DNA of 12,581 nt from Clostridia bacterium (GCA_016287855.1 JAEEXS010000044.1:1-12581); one strand, 5' to 3'; shown: positions 1-8,200, counted from the first letter of the stretch. Program-made: numbers and translations. The notes: a model not told the origin generated them from the sequence alone.

Positions 1-138
1 GAATCACGTATCCGTGATGTAGATATGGCAGAAGAGATGGTAAACTATACAAAGAATAGTATATTGAACCAAGCTGCTATGGCTATGTTAGCACAAGCTA
101 ACCAACAACCACAAAACATTTTGTCATTACTTCAATAA
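1..138 (+). CDS. fliC: Flagellin, C-terminal fragment (5' end lies outside the window)
   Basis: Frame 1 reads [45 protein letters not shown], then TAA at 136-138. This is the conserved flagellin C-terminal D0 helix and parallels residues 334-378 of the complete flagellin at 433-1569. It is not in the ORF track because it is truncated. Confidence 0.9.
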   Translation, partial: ESRIRDVDMAEEMVNYTKNSILNQAAMAMLAQANQQPQNILSLLQ

Positions 139-272
139 TAAGGGATAGAGTTACCTTAATAAAAGGTTAAGGACAAAAATCTTTAATGTACATATAAATT
201 TAAGTGTATTCTTAAATTATACGGCGAAAAAATAAAGAAATAGTACAAAAGAGGTTAAGTTAATAATAAGTT

Positions 273-299
273 TAGACGATAATCTAAACAGCCGAATAA
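273..299 (+). promoter_or_regulatory. Candidate sigma-D/sigma-28-type promoter for the second flagellin gene
   Basis: TAGA (273-276), a 15-nt spacer, then CCGAATAA (292-299). This resembles the flagellar sigma consensus TAAA-N15-CCGATAT used by flagellin genes in Firmicutes. The match is imperfect in both elements. Confidence 0.35.
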
Positions 300-323
300 G
301 TCTTTGGTTTCCAAGGACTTTTT
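298..323 (+). terminator. Candidate intrinsic terminator for the upstream flagellin gene
   Basis: GTCTTTGG (300-307) pairs with CCAAGGAC (311-318), with one G-U pair and a 3-nt loop, followed by TTTTT (319-323). Its left arm abuts the candidate sigma-28 -10 element. Transcripts starting at that promoter would therefore lack the full hairpin. Confidence 0.35.
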
Positions 324-391
324 GGCGTTCTGTAAAATATTTATAGAACGCTAGAGGTTTTTTGGAGAGAAAAGTCATATCGGTCTTGGCA

Positions 392-426
392 CAAGGAAGC
401 TGTCAATACAAAGAATTCAAGGAGGA
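392..426 (+). promoter_or_regulatory. Two CsrA-binding-like AAGGA motifs in the flagellin leader, the second overlapping the Shine-Dalgarno sequence
   Basis: CAAGGAA at 392-398 and CAAGGAGGA at 418-426, with the ATG at 433. The GGA-in-A-rich-context pattern and the two-site layout (one on the SD) match the known CsrA/FliW control of flagellin translation in Bacillus. Confidence 0.4.
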
Positions 427-432
427 ATTTAT

Positions 433-1569
433 ATGAGAATCAACACTAATCTAATGGCGCTTAACGCGCAGAACAAATTGCAGGTAAATCAGTCAAACGT
501 GGAGAAATCAATTCAAAAGTTATCTTCTGGATTGAGAATAAACTCGGCTGCCGATGATGCTGCGGGATTAGCGATTAGTGAGAAAATGCGTGCGCAGATC
601 CGAGGTCTGGGACAAGCTCAGGATAATGCGCAAGACGGAATTTCTCTCCTCCAAACCGCAGAAGGCGCATTGCAGCAAACGACCGACATTTTACAAAGAA
701 TGAGGGAGCTTGTAATAAAGGCGCAAAACACAGGTGTATTGACAGACAACGATAGAACATCAATAACAAGTGAGCTTAGTACACTACGAGACGAACTAGA
801 TAGAATAGCGACTTCGACGACCTTTAACTCAAAGAAATTGTTAAATGGAGAACTTGCAGTTCAAAGAGCAGAAGATGGTGGAACTTTTTCTGCTGGGATA
901 GTGGATGTTGTAAATGCAAATGCAGGTACAACGTATACGATTACTGCTCAAGCCGGTCGACGTGCATATATTTCATACGTAGATTCAACTGGTACCACGA
1001 TAAGCTGTGTTTCAGATATTACTATGACTGGAACACTTACTGGAAAAGTAAATTTTTCAGATGCTGGAATCTCAATAAACTTTTGGACTAATAAAATTAA
1101 TCTAAATAGTTTTAATGGCACAACAATAATCACAGCAGATGAGTCGATGGGCAAAAAAGCAGATTTTAAAATCGGAGCTAATACATATACCGAAGATATA
1201 TTAGCAATAGGTATAGGGGATATGTCATCTCGTGGGTTAAATATCAAAGGTGATGGAAACAAATTCTCTATAGATATTTCTACGGCTAAGTCAGCGAATG
1301 ATGTACTAGATGCAGTCGATTTCGCAATAGATGCGGTATCTTCACAAAGAGCTACACTAGGAGCGATACAAAATCGAATGGAATATGCTATTAGCAATTT
1401 GAGTGCAACTAAAGAAAACCTAACAGCAGCAGAGTCACGTATTCGTGATGTGGACATGGCTGATCAGATGGTAAGCTATACAAAAGATAACATACTAACG
1501 CAATCTGCTATGGCGATGCTTGCTCAAGCAAATCAGTTACCTCAACAAATTTTAACTTTATTACAATAA
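433..1569 (+). CDS. fliC: Flagellin (378 aa)
   Basis: N terminus MRINTNLMALNAQNKL...LSSGLRINSAADDAAGLAISEKMRAQIRGL and C terminus LGAIQNRMEYAISNL...[11 protein letters not shown]...LAQANQLPQQILTLLQ are canonical flagellin D0/D1 segments around a variable centre. SD AAGGAGGA sits 6 nt upstream of the ATG. Confidence 0.96.
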   Translation: MRINTNLMALNAQNKLQVNQSNVEKSIQKLSSGLRINSAADDAAGLAISEKMRAQIRGLGQAQDNAQDGISLLQTAEGALQQTTDILQRMRELVIKAQNTGVLTDNDRTSITSELSTLRDELDRIATSTTFNSKKLLNGELAVQRAEDGGTFSAGIVDVVNANAGTTYTITAQAGRRAYISYVDSTGTTISCVSDITMTGTLTGKVNFSDAGISINFWTNKINLNSFNGTTIITADESMGKKADFKIGANTYTEDILAIGIGDMSSRGLNIKGDGNKFSIDISTAKSANDVLDAVDFAIDAVSSQRATLGAIQNRMEYAISNLSATKENLTAAESRIRDVDMADQMVSYTKDNILTQSAMAMLAQANQLPQQILTLLQ

Positions 1570-1576
1570 TAAAGAA

Positions 1577-1605
1577 TCCCGGGTTAAAAACCCGGGAATT
1601 TTTTT
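1577..1605. terminator. Bidirectional intrinsic terminator between convergent fliC and rpoD
   Basis: TCCCGGGTT (1577-1585) pairs with AACCCGGGA (1589-1597) around an AAA loop, followed by a run of 7 T (1599-1605). On the minus strand the same stem is followed by TTCTTTATT. The rpoD stop codon (1604-1606) lies inside the T-tract. Confidence 0.85.
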
Positions 1606-2695
1606 AATCTAAATAATCTTTTAATTTCTTACTTCTGCTAGGATGACGAAGTTTTCTAAGAGCTTTTGCTTCTATTTGACGAATTCTTTCTCTAGTAACA
1701 TTAAATACTTTTCCTACTTCTTCTAGAGTCCTAGCTCTTCCGTCGTCTAATCCAAATCTTAATTTTAATACTTTTTCTTCTCTAGGAGTTAAAGTCCCTA
1801 AAACATCAACAAGTTGCTCTTTTAAGAGAGTAAAAGCAGCAGATTCCGCAGGAGCAGGAGCGTCATCATCAGGGATAAAGTCGCCCAAATGACTATCTTC
1901 TTCTTCACCTATTGGAGTGTCTATTGAGATAGGTTCTTGAGAAATTTTTTCGATTTCTGCAATTCTTTCAACAGGCAAATCTATCTCACGAGAGATTTCT
2001 TCAGGTGTAGCTTCACGACCTAGTTGTTGAAGAAGTTGCCTCTTTACACGAATTAATTTATTAATAGTTTCAACCATATGAACAGGCACACGAATAGTTC
2101 TAGCTTGGTCTGCAATTGCACGGGTAATAGCTTGTCTTATCCACCAAGTAGCATAAGTACTAAACTTATAGCCTTTTGTATAGTCGAATTTTTCAACTGC
2201 TTTAATAAGACCCATATTACCTTCTTGAATTAAATCAAGTAGAAGCATACCACGACCAACATATTTTTTTGCAATACTAACAACAAGACGTAAGTTAGAT
2301 TCAGCTAGTCTCTTTCTAGCATATTCGTCTCCTTTAGCCATTTTTTCAGCAAGTTCTATTTCCTCTTCCATAGAAAGAAGAGGTACTTTACCAATTTCTT
2401 TTAAGTACATTCTAACAGGGTCATCTACACTAGTACCTTCTGGAAGAGTTAAGTCAATTTCTTCATCTGTTAATTCGCCGTCACTAAAATCAACATCGCC
2501 TAAATCATCATCGAAATCGTCTATTACTTCTATTCCATTTGATTCAAGAGTTTCAAATATTTTATCTATTTGCTCTGGGTCAACCATACCATCAAATTCA
2601 GCCATTATTTGGTCATAGGTAAGAGAGCCCTTGCTTTTTCCTAAATCTATTAGTTTTTGAATGCATTCTTTTTTACTAGTTTCTTTTTCTTCCAA
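1604..2695 (-). CDS. rpoD: Primary (housekeeping) RNA polymerase sigma factor, sigma-70/SigA family (363 aa)
   Basis: Region 2 ([32 protein letters not shown]), region 3, and region 4.2 ([30 protein letters not shown]) are present, with an acidic N-terminal region 1. It lies immediately downstream of dnaG, as in the conserved dnaG-rpoD operon. The start codon is TTG, with AGGAGG 8 nt upstream inside the dnaG 3' end. Confidence 0.96.
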   Translation of the reverse strand: MEEKETSKKECIQKLIDLGKSKGSLTYDQIMAEFDGMVDPEQIDKIFETLESNGIEVIDDFDDDLGDVDFSDGELTDEEIDLTLPEGTSVDDPVRMYLKEIGKVPLLSMEEEIELAEKMAKGDEYARKRLAESNLRLVVSIAKKYVGRGMLLLDLIQEGNMGLIKAVEKFDYTKGYKFSTYATWWIRQAITRAIADQARTIRVPVHMVETINKLIRVKRQLLQQLGREATPEEISREIDLPVERIAEIEKISQEPISIDTPIGEEEDSHLGDFIPDDDAPAPAESAAFTLLKEQLVDVLGTLTPREEKVLKLRFGLDDGRARTLEEVGKVFNVTRERIRQIEAKALRKLRHPSRSKKLKDYLD

Positions 2696-2697
2696 AA

Positions 2698-4500
2698 TTA
2701 TTTCCTCCTCTCGGCAGAAATAGAATGTAATTTTAAAATTACATCATTCAGCCTTCTTTCCAATTCATTAGCCTTAGGTCCATTTGGATCATCTTTTAAG
2801 CTTTTTAAAATAGCAGATTTTTCTTTTTCTAAATCGAATTTTCGTAGAACATCTACTGCATCTAAAAGTGCTTTTTCATTATTATTCCCTAAATTATCTT
2901 CTTCTTGCATAATTCCGGTAATAACGTTAATATCATTCTCATCAGAGAATAAATCTATAATATTTTGTTGCTTTTCACTCTCAAAGTGCATATATAATTT
3001 TTCGGCTAAATGGCGATATAAATTAACCGTAAAATTATCATAATTCATATATTTTTTTATTGTGTTAAAAATTTTTTTGTCATTTTGACATAGTAAAAAA
3101 ATTAACAATTTCTCAGAGTCATACACATTTTTAGGAATGTCTATGATTTTTGTTGTAGCGGTTTCTAGTGAAGGAATTGGAGAACGTTTAACACTCTTCG
3201 TAGAATTTCCAAATATTTTTTTATTTATTTCAGAATAGATAGATTCTACCCCAACTCCAAGTTCTGCTGCAATTTTATTTATGTAAAAATCTCTTTCAAT
3301 TGAATTATCTAGTTTAGCAAGTATAGTTGCTGCAGAGTTTAAATACGAAATTTTACCGTCAGTAGTAGACATATCTATATTTTTCTTTAAATTAGACAAC
3401 TTAAATTCAACTAGAGTTATTGCATTATCCATCAATTTTTTCATTTTTTCAGGTCCAAATTTATTTACAAATTCATCAGGGTCTTTTGCATCAGATATTT
3501 TTAATACTTTCACGTTACACCCAAGAGATGTAAGTATATCTAGCCCACGCATTATTGCATTTTGACCAGCACCATCTGCATCGTAGCCAAGTATTATTTC
3601 AGGAGCATATTTTCTCATAAGCCGACCTTGAGTTTCGGTAAGAGCAGTACCTAAAGAGGCAATTGCATTAGGGATTCCTGCTTTATGCATAGATATTACA
3701 TCCATATAACCTTCTACCATAAGTAGTTTATTTACTTTTGCGCGCCGAGCAAAATTTAGGGCATATATATTTTTTCCTTTGTTGTATATAGGAGTTTCGG
3801 GAGAATTCATATATTTAGGTAAGGAATCATCTAAAACACGCCCACCAAAAGCAATTACTCTATCTTTTATATCAAAGATAGGGAACATAAGCCTATTTTT
3901 AAATCTATCGACAAAAGAGTTATTATTTCGAATTATTAACCCAGAATCAACCATTTCGTCAGGTGTAAAACCAAGTGAACTTAAATGATTAAAAAGATCA
4001 TTCTTAACTCCAAAAGAAAAACCAAGTCCAAATTTATTTACGGTTTCATTATCTAGATGACGTTTATTTATATACTCTTGTGCAGATTTGGCGGCAGGGG
4101 AGTATAAATTGTTCCTAAAATATTTTGCAGCTTCTAAGTTTACTTGAAATAATCGTTCTTTATGCTTTATATTAGCAAAATTTACATTCGTATTATCTTC
4201 AGGTAGAGTTATTTTGGCTCTTTCGGCAAGTTGCTCAACTGCTTCGTAAAAATCTATATTTTCTGTTTGCATTAAAAACTTTATTACATCTCCTCCAACA
4301 CCACATCCAAAACAATGAAAAATTTGCTTATCTGGAGATACGGAGAAAGATGGAGTTTTTTCTTTATGAAATGGACAAAGCCCTTTATATGAAGGACCTG
4401 CACGTTTTAGAGTAACATATTCTCCTATTATATCTACAATGTCATTTGCGGCTTTTATTTCATCTATTAAAGCCTCATCTAAGAATGCCAAAAACTTCAC
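2698..4500 (-). CDS. dnaG: DNA primase DnaG (about 597-600 aa)
   Basis: CHC2 zinc finger ([30 protein letters not shown]), RNA polymerase core, and TOPRIM motifs ([15 protein letters not shown]). The ORF-track start at 4500 is GTG and forms part of a GAGGTGA SD-like string. The TTG at 4491 has proper 5-nt spacing and may be the true start. Confidence 0.95.
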   Translation of the reverse strand: MKFLAFLDEALIDEIKAANDIVDIIGEYVTLKRAGPSYKGLCPFHKEKTPSFSVSPDKQIFHCFGCGVGGDVIKFLMQTENIDFYEAVEQLAERAKITLPEDNTNVNFANIKHKERLFQVNLEAAKYFRNNLYSPAAKSAQEYINKRHLDNETVNKFGLGFSFGVKNDLFNHLSSLGFTPDEMVDSGLIIRNNNSFVDRFKNRLMFPIFDIKDRVIAFGGRVLDDSLPKYMNSPETPIYNKGKNIYALNFARRAKVNKLLMVEGYMDVISMHKAGIPNAIASLGTALTETQGRLMRKYAPEIILGYDADGAGQNAIMRGLDILTSLGCNVKVLKISDAKDPDEFVNKFGPEKMKKLMDNAITLVEFKLSNLKKNIDMSTTDGKISYLNSAATILAKLDNSIERDFYINKIAAELGVGVESIYSEINKKIFGNSTKSVKRSPIPSLETATTKIIDIPKNVYDSEKLLIFLLCQNDKKIFNTIKKYMNYDNFTVNLYRHLAEKLYMHFESEKQQNIIDLFSDENDINVITGIMQEEDNLGNNNEKALLDAVDVLRKFDLEKEKSAILKSLKDDPNGPKANELERRLNDVILKLHSISAERRK

Positions 4501-4592
4501 CTCACTTGTACCAAAAATATCCCTAGTTACATTATTATTCTACATAATGCAATAAAATCCTTTTACGTAAACATAAATATTTATTAGGCACC

Positions 4593-4621
4593 TTGAAGAA
4601 TAAGAACACATGTGATATAAT
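4593..4621 (+). promoter_or_regulatory. Sigma-A-type promoter with extended -10, driving the small ORF at 4678
   Basis: TTGAAG (4593-4598), a 17-nt spacer, and TATAAT (4616-4621) preceded by TG at 4613-4614 (TGATATAAT). This is close to the consensus vegetative promoter. Confidence 0.6.
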
Positions 4622-4677
4622 ATACAAGTAAAATTATTATGTATATTCAAATGCTATATTTATGCTGGAGGAAGAAG

Positions 4678-4911
4678 ATGGATACTGTAATGAGTGTCGA
4701 AAAGAAAGAGAAGCAGGTCAAAGTTACGGGCTACAAGTATTGGTTGCAGCAACAGTGCTGGAAGGCCGGTGGCCACACCTATACGATGCGTTCTCACTGG
4801 GGAATTATCTGGACCGAATGTATTTGCTGTGGCGCAAGAATAGTGGATGGAAGAAAAATGGAAGAATTTGAAGATGAGTATGAGGACGAGGAAATCGAAG
4901 AAACTGAATAA
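4678..4911 (+). CDS. Hypothetical small protein, 77 aa, Cys/Trp-rich core with an acidic tail
   Basis: GGAGG (4667-4671) lies 6 nt before the ATG at 4678, which is in frame with the 4639 ORF. Product: MDTVMSVEKKEKQVKVTGYKYWLQQQCWKAGGHTYTMRSHWGIIWTECICCGARIVDGRKMEEFEDEYEDEEIEETE. It is flanked by a strong promoter and a strong terminator. I recognise no family. Confidence 0.5.
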   Translation: MDTVMSVEKKEKQVKVTGYKYWLQQQCWKAGGHTYTMRSHWGIIWTECICCGARIVDGRKMEEFEDEYEDEEIEETE

Positions 4912-4926
4912 GTAATATAACAATGC

Positions 4927-4958
4927 AAGCGTACCCTAAATGTAGGGTACGCTTTTTT
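4927..4958. terminator. Bidirectional intrinsic terminator between the small ORF (+) and spoVAE (-)
   Basis: AAGCGTACCCT (4927-4937) pairs perfectly with AGGGTACGCTT (4944-4954) around a 6-nt loop. The T-run spans 4953-4958. The spoVAE stop codon (4957-4959) overlaps the T-tract. Confidence 0.85.
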
Positions 4959-5313
4959 ATGCTTTTGCATGGGCTCTAAAAATTAGACCAACAATTAAGC
5001 TAAAAAATATAGCAGCGCCAACACCTGCAGCAGTAGCCTTTATTCCACCAGTGAATATACCCAAGAATCCATAATTGTTTATTTCTTTGATTACTCCATT
5101 TACGAGGGCATATCCAAACCCTGTAAGCGGTACAGTAGCGCCCGCACCGCCGAACTTAACTATTGGCTCATATAATCCAATAGCAGTTAAGATTACTCCA
5201 GAAACTATAAATAAAACTAATATTCTAGCAGGAGTTAGTTTTGTTTTGTCTATTAAAATTTGCCCGATTGAGCATATTATACCACCAGTTATAAAAGCAG
5301 TAAGATATGACAT
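4957..5313 (-). CDS. spoVAE: Stage V sporulation protein AE (SpoVAEb-type membrane protein, 118 aa)
   Basis: Small polytopic membrane protein with the motif GGAGATVPLTGFG, paralogous to the SpoVAC motif. It is the last gene after spoVAC-spoVAD, the typical clostridial tricistronic order. Confidence 0.88.
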   Translation of the reverse strand: MSYLTAFITGGIICSIGQILIDKTKLTPARILVLFIVSGVILTAIGLYEPIVKFGGAGATVPLTGFGYALVNGVIKEINNYGFLGIFTGGIKATAAGVGAAIFFSLIVGLIFRAHAKA

Positions 5314-5329
5314 ATTTAATCAATCCTTT

Positions 5330-6334
5330 CTAGTTTTCTATTGCAATAGCATGAGCAATACCTTCTATTGCTTCTCCTTGCTGGATAGCAGTAGGACTCA
5401 TAAGAGCTCCTGTTGCAACTAAAAGTATTTTATTTAATTCTTTTTGTTGTAATTTATTATATAAATAACCAGCAAAAACACTTCCACAACAACCACAACC
5501 ACTACCACCTGCGTGTGTATCTTGTGCTTTACTATCAAACATTAAAATTCCGCAATCATTATATCTACCTTTTATATTAATATCATTTTTAAGTAGAATA
5601 TCTTTTAATATTTCTCCGCCAATTATTCCTAAATCTCCGGTTACAATTAAGTCATAGTAGCTTGGATCACGACCTGTTTCATTAAAATGAGAATAGATTG
5701 TATCGGCTGCCGCTGGTGCCATTGCTGCGCCCATATTATTTGCATCTTTTATGCCCATATCTACAACTTGACCAATTGTTACATGAGTTATTTTAGGACC
5801 TTTTTGCTCAGTAGAAACAATAGCAGCACCAGATCCGGTAACAGTCCATTGGGCTGTTGGTGTACGTTGAGTCCCTTGTTCAAGAGGGAATCTAAATTGT
5901 CGTTCGGCAGAACAGAAGTGGCTTGAAGTCATTGCAATTATATTGTCTGCGAATCCGCCGTCAACTAACATAGAGCCTATTGCTAAAGACTCTACCATAG
6001 TTGAACAAGCACCATATAGTCCTATAAAAGGTATCTCACTTTCACGAACGGCATAAGAGGAAGAGATACATTGGTTTAGCAGATCCCCAGCTAATATATA
6101 GTTTATATCCTCTGGAGTTTTTTTGGCTTTTTGTAGAACTTTATTTAAATTTTCTTTTAAAATTTTTATTTCTGTTTTCTCGAAGCTCTTTTCTCCCCAG
6201 TATTCGTCTTCCAAAATAAAGTCAAAATATTTAGCAAGAGGTCCTTCACCTTCTTTTTTACCCACAATTGAAGAAGTTTCAATTATATGTGGCTCTGAAG
6301 TTAGAGCTACTGTCTTTTTTCCAAGTCTTTTCAT
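5330..6334 (-). CDS. spoVAD: Stage V sporulation protein AD (thiolase-fold, DPA-binding, 334 aa)
   Basis: Close colinear resemblance to Bacillus SpoVAD: AGDLLNQ, GLYGACST..ESLAIGS, TSSHFCSAERQFRFP, GSGAAIVS, MGAAMAPAAADTI, GDLG, GGSGCGC, VATGALMSPT. Confidence 0.93.
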   Translation of the reverse strand: MKRLGKKTVALTSEPHIIETSSIVGKKEGEGPLAKYFDFILEDEYWGEKSFEKTEIKILKENLNKVLQKAKKTPEDINYILAGDLLNQCISSSYAVRESEIPFIGLYGACSTMVESLAIGSMLVDGGFADNIIAMTSSHFCSAERQFRFPLEQGTQRTPTAQWTVTGSGAAIVSTEQKGPKITHVTIGQVVDMGIKDANNMGAAMAPAAADTIYSHFNETGRDPSYYDLIVTGDLGIIGGEILKDILLKNDINIKGRYNDCGILMFDSKAQDTHAGGSGCGCCGSVFAGYLYNKLQQKELNKILLVATGALMSPTAIQQGEAIEGIAHAIAIEN

Positions 6335-6345
6335 ATATAGTCTCC

Positions 6346-6792
6346 TTATAAATTAAATATAAAGTATAAAAAACCAACAATTATTGATGAGGATATGCCG
6401 TAAACAAGTACGGGCCCCGCTATAATAAACATTTTGGCTCCTAGTCCCATAACTAAGCCTTCAGTTTTAAACTCAATTGCAGGAGATGCAATAGAATTCG
6501 CAAAGCCAGTAATAGGGACAACAGTACCTGCTCCTGCACGTTTGCCTATATTATCATACCAACCGAGTGCCGTTAAAATTATTGCACCTAGAATAAGTAA
6601 TATAGAAGTTATTGAGGAAACAGTGTCGCGGGGTAAGCCTCTTGCAGTGAAGAAATTTGTTATAAATTGGCCTATTATACATATTAGACCACCGATTAAA
6701 AAAGCCCAAGCTATATCCTTAAATAATGGACTATTAGGTGACTTTTTCTCAACATACTTTGAATATTCTGGTTTTGTATACGGTTGTTTCAT
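6346..6792 (-). CDS. spoVAC: Stage V sporulation protein AC (148 aa)
   Basis: Membrane protein with an N-terminal KSP...F...F..GG.IC..GQ pattern and GAGTVVPITGFANSIASPA, characteristic of SpoVAC. It is the first gene of the spoVAC-AD-AE set. Confidence 0.92.
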   Translation of the reverse strand: MKQPYTKPEYSKYVEKKSPNSPLFKDIAWAFLIGGLICIIGQFITNFFTARGLPRDTVSSITSILLILGAIILTALGWYDNIGKRAGAGTVVPITGFANSIASPAIEFKTEGLVMGLGAKMFIIAGPVLVYGISSSIIVGFLYFIFNL

Positions 6793-6814
6793 AAAAACTC
6801 TCCTTTATAGTAGA

Positions 6815-8200
6815 TTAGATGGTTAATACCCCATTTGGTGTATTAATAATTATTAAAATATCTTCCTCTTTTCCAGTATCTGCATTTATATAAACAATAA
6901 AATCCCTATTATCTACTTCCCCTTTAAATTCATGTACCAATACCTCTTCCTTTGTTTCTGTAGGGATAATTGCAAGACCGGTATATTCTGGGTTTAAATC
7001 TTTATTTATATGCTCTAAAGCCACTTCTTTAGAGATTTTGAGCTCAGAAATATTTCTATCTACGTGAGAAAACAGGTATCCAGCGGCCTCAAAACCAGTT
7101 ATATCGCCGTTATCCATTGCAACAGAAACCTTTATTAAATCAGGGTAAATAGTTATAGACTTATCGGTATATGCAAAGTTTAAAGTGGCTATATTATTCT
7201 CATCTATATAATAAGTAGGGACCATCTTTGTAAAACCCTTTGAATTTAAAAAATCTAAGCCCCGAGATTTTGCATCATCTATTGTTAAAACCTTATTTTC
7301 TACATCTTTGTTGTATAAAAACCATATAACATGGCCTCCTTTTTTAGAGATATCTACATTTGCAGTTTCACCACTTTTTAATTTTATAGAAAGGCTAAAA
7401 CAAGGGATTTTTGAATTAAAAGATTCGACGATATTTTCTATTTCTTGTATTTTATCTTGCCCAATGAAATCAGTTGCTATTTTTTTAGCTTTTTCCTGGT
7501 CTATATCATTACCAGTTATACCTTTTGGCTCTAAGTCGACTATGTGGTCAGAAAAAGGCCCATCATATATTAAACCAGGATAATCTTGAAAGTTATCTGA
7601 CATATCTTGAAAAACACTTTTTTCATCAGAAGTTTTTTCGAGATTGGCAAAAGTTTTTGAACCTTTTTTAGTAAGCTCATTCCAAGATAGTCTTCCTTCA
7701 GCAAGTTGAGCAGATAGGTCAAAAATACTGTTTTGAAGTTTGGTTGCATAATCAGATAAAGACTTTATTTGGATTAGTTGATCAGTTGTTATAGGATTTT
7801 GATCTATTGTTTGTAGAGTTAAAGAATGAGAGAAATCACTAGTTTGAGAAAGGAACTTTGAAGTTTGAGCAATTAAATTTTGTTCAATAGGTAAATCGGA
7901 AAGGTTAGCCTTTGCAAGATTCGCTTGACGCCATATTTCACTCATTGTTTTAGCCCCATGAGTTGGGTCTTTACTAATTAAAGATTTAGCAAGCAAAGTA
8001 TCAATATTTTCAACATAGGAAGCCATCTCAAAAAAGGCTTGATTGTATCTATTTTCTAAAGCTTGTTTGTTATCATTACGTATTTTAAAAATATAGCCAA
8101 GAAGAGCTAAAATTACTAGTAAAGAAGTTATTACAATAGTAAACATATGTCTATCTCTTAAACGTTCCCTAAAATCTTTAAGTTTATCTACAAAATTCAT
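6815..8200 (-). CDS. ypeB: Spore germination protein YpeB (N-terminal anchor plus PepSY-type repeats, 461 aa)
   Basis: Colinear with Bacillus YpeB: ENRYNQAFFEMASYVENID, IWRQANLAKANLSDLP, SKFLSQTSDFS, DISKKGGHVIWFLYN. There is a single N-terminal TM segment. SD AAAGGAGG precedes the ATG. Confidence 0.88.
   Translation of the reverse strand: MNFVDKLKDFRERLRDRHMFTIVITSLLVILALLGYIFKIRNDNKQALENRYNQAFFEMASYVENIDTLLAKSLISKDPTHGAKTMSEIWRQANLAKANLSDLPIEQNLIAQTSKFLSQTSDFSHSLTLQTIDQNPITTDQLIQIKSLSDYATKLQNSIFDLSAQLAEGRLSWNELTKKGSKTFANLEKTSDEKSVFQDMSDNFQDYPGLIYDGPFSDHIVDLEPKGITGNDIDQEKAKKIATDFIGQDKIQEIENIVESFNSKIPCFSLSIKLKSGETANVDISKKGGHVIWFLYNKDVENKVLTIDDAKSRGLDFLNSKGFTKMVPTYYIDENNIATLNFAYTDKSITIYPDLIKVSVAMDNGDITGFEAAGYLFSHVDRNISELKISKEVALEHINKDLNPEYTGLAIIPTETKEEVLVHEFKGEVDNRDFIVYINADTGKEEDILIIINTPNGVLTI

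Noticed and set aside
575-1457. Minus-strand ORFs 575-769 (64 aa) and 948-1457 (169 aa) inside the flagellin gene
   Set aside because: They lie entirely antisense to a very well supported flagellin CDS, with no SD and low-complexity hydrophobic products. These are shadow ORFs.
2657-3988. Plus-strand ORFs 2657-3043 (128 aa) and 3779-3988 (69 aa)
   Set aside because: Antisense to dnaG/rpoD. Their Phe/Ser/Leu/Ile-rich translations are typical of the reverse complement of AT-rich coding sequence, and there are no ribosome-binding sites.
4639-4923. Alternative readings of the small-gene region: start at 4639, the +2-frame ORF at 4662-4871 (contains CNEC), and the minus ORF at 4660-4923
   Set aside because: Only the ATG at 4678 has a well-spaced GGAGG. 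The 4639 and 4662 ATGs have no SD and lie within about 10-35 nt of the predicted TSS. The minus ORF would run into the promoter and has no signals. The 4662 frame cannot be fully excluded without Ribo-seq.
4628-4958. Possibility that the promoter-to-terminator unit of about 330 nt is a structured ncRNA (tmRNA, RNase P, SRP or 6S RNA)
   Set aside because: I found no hallmark motifs: no tRNA-like GGGG...CCACCA ends, no RNase P GAGGAAAGUCC box, no SRP domain IV GGAA/AGCA symmetric loop. Both ends are purine-rich and cannot pair with each other, whereas an SD-led ORF fills the unit. A coding role is more parsimonious but remains unproven.
5075-7583. Plus-strand ORFs 5075-5422, 5687-5926, 6123-6356, 6434-6826 and 7308-7583
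   Set aside because: All are antisense to the confidently identified spoVAE, spoVAD, spoVAC and ypeB. None has start signals or a recognisable motif.
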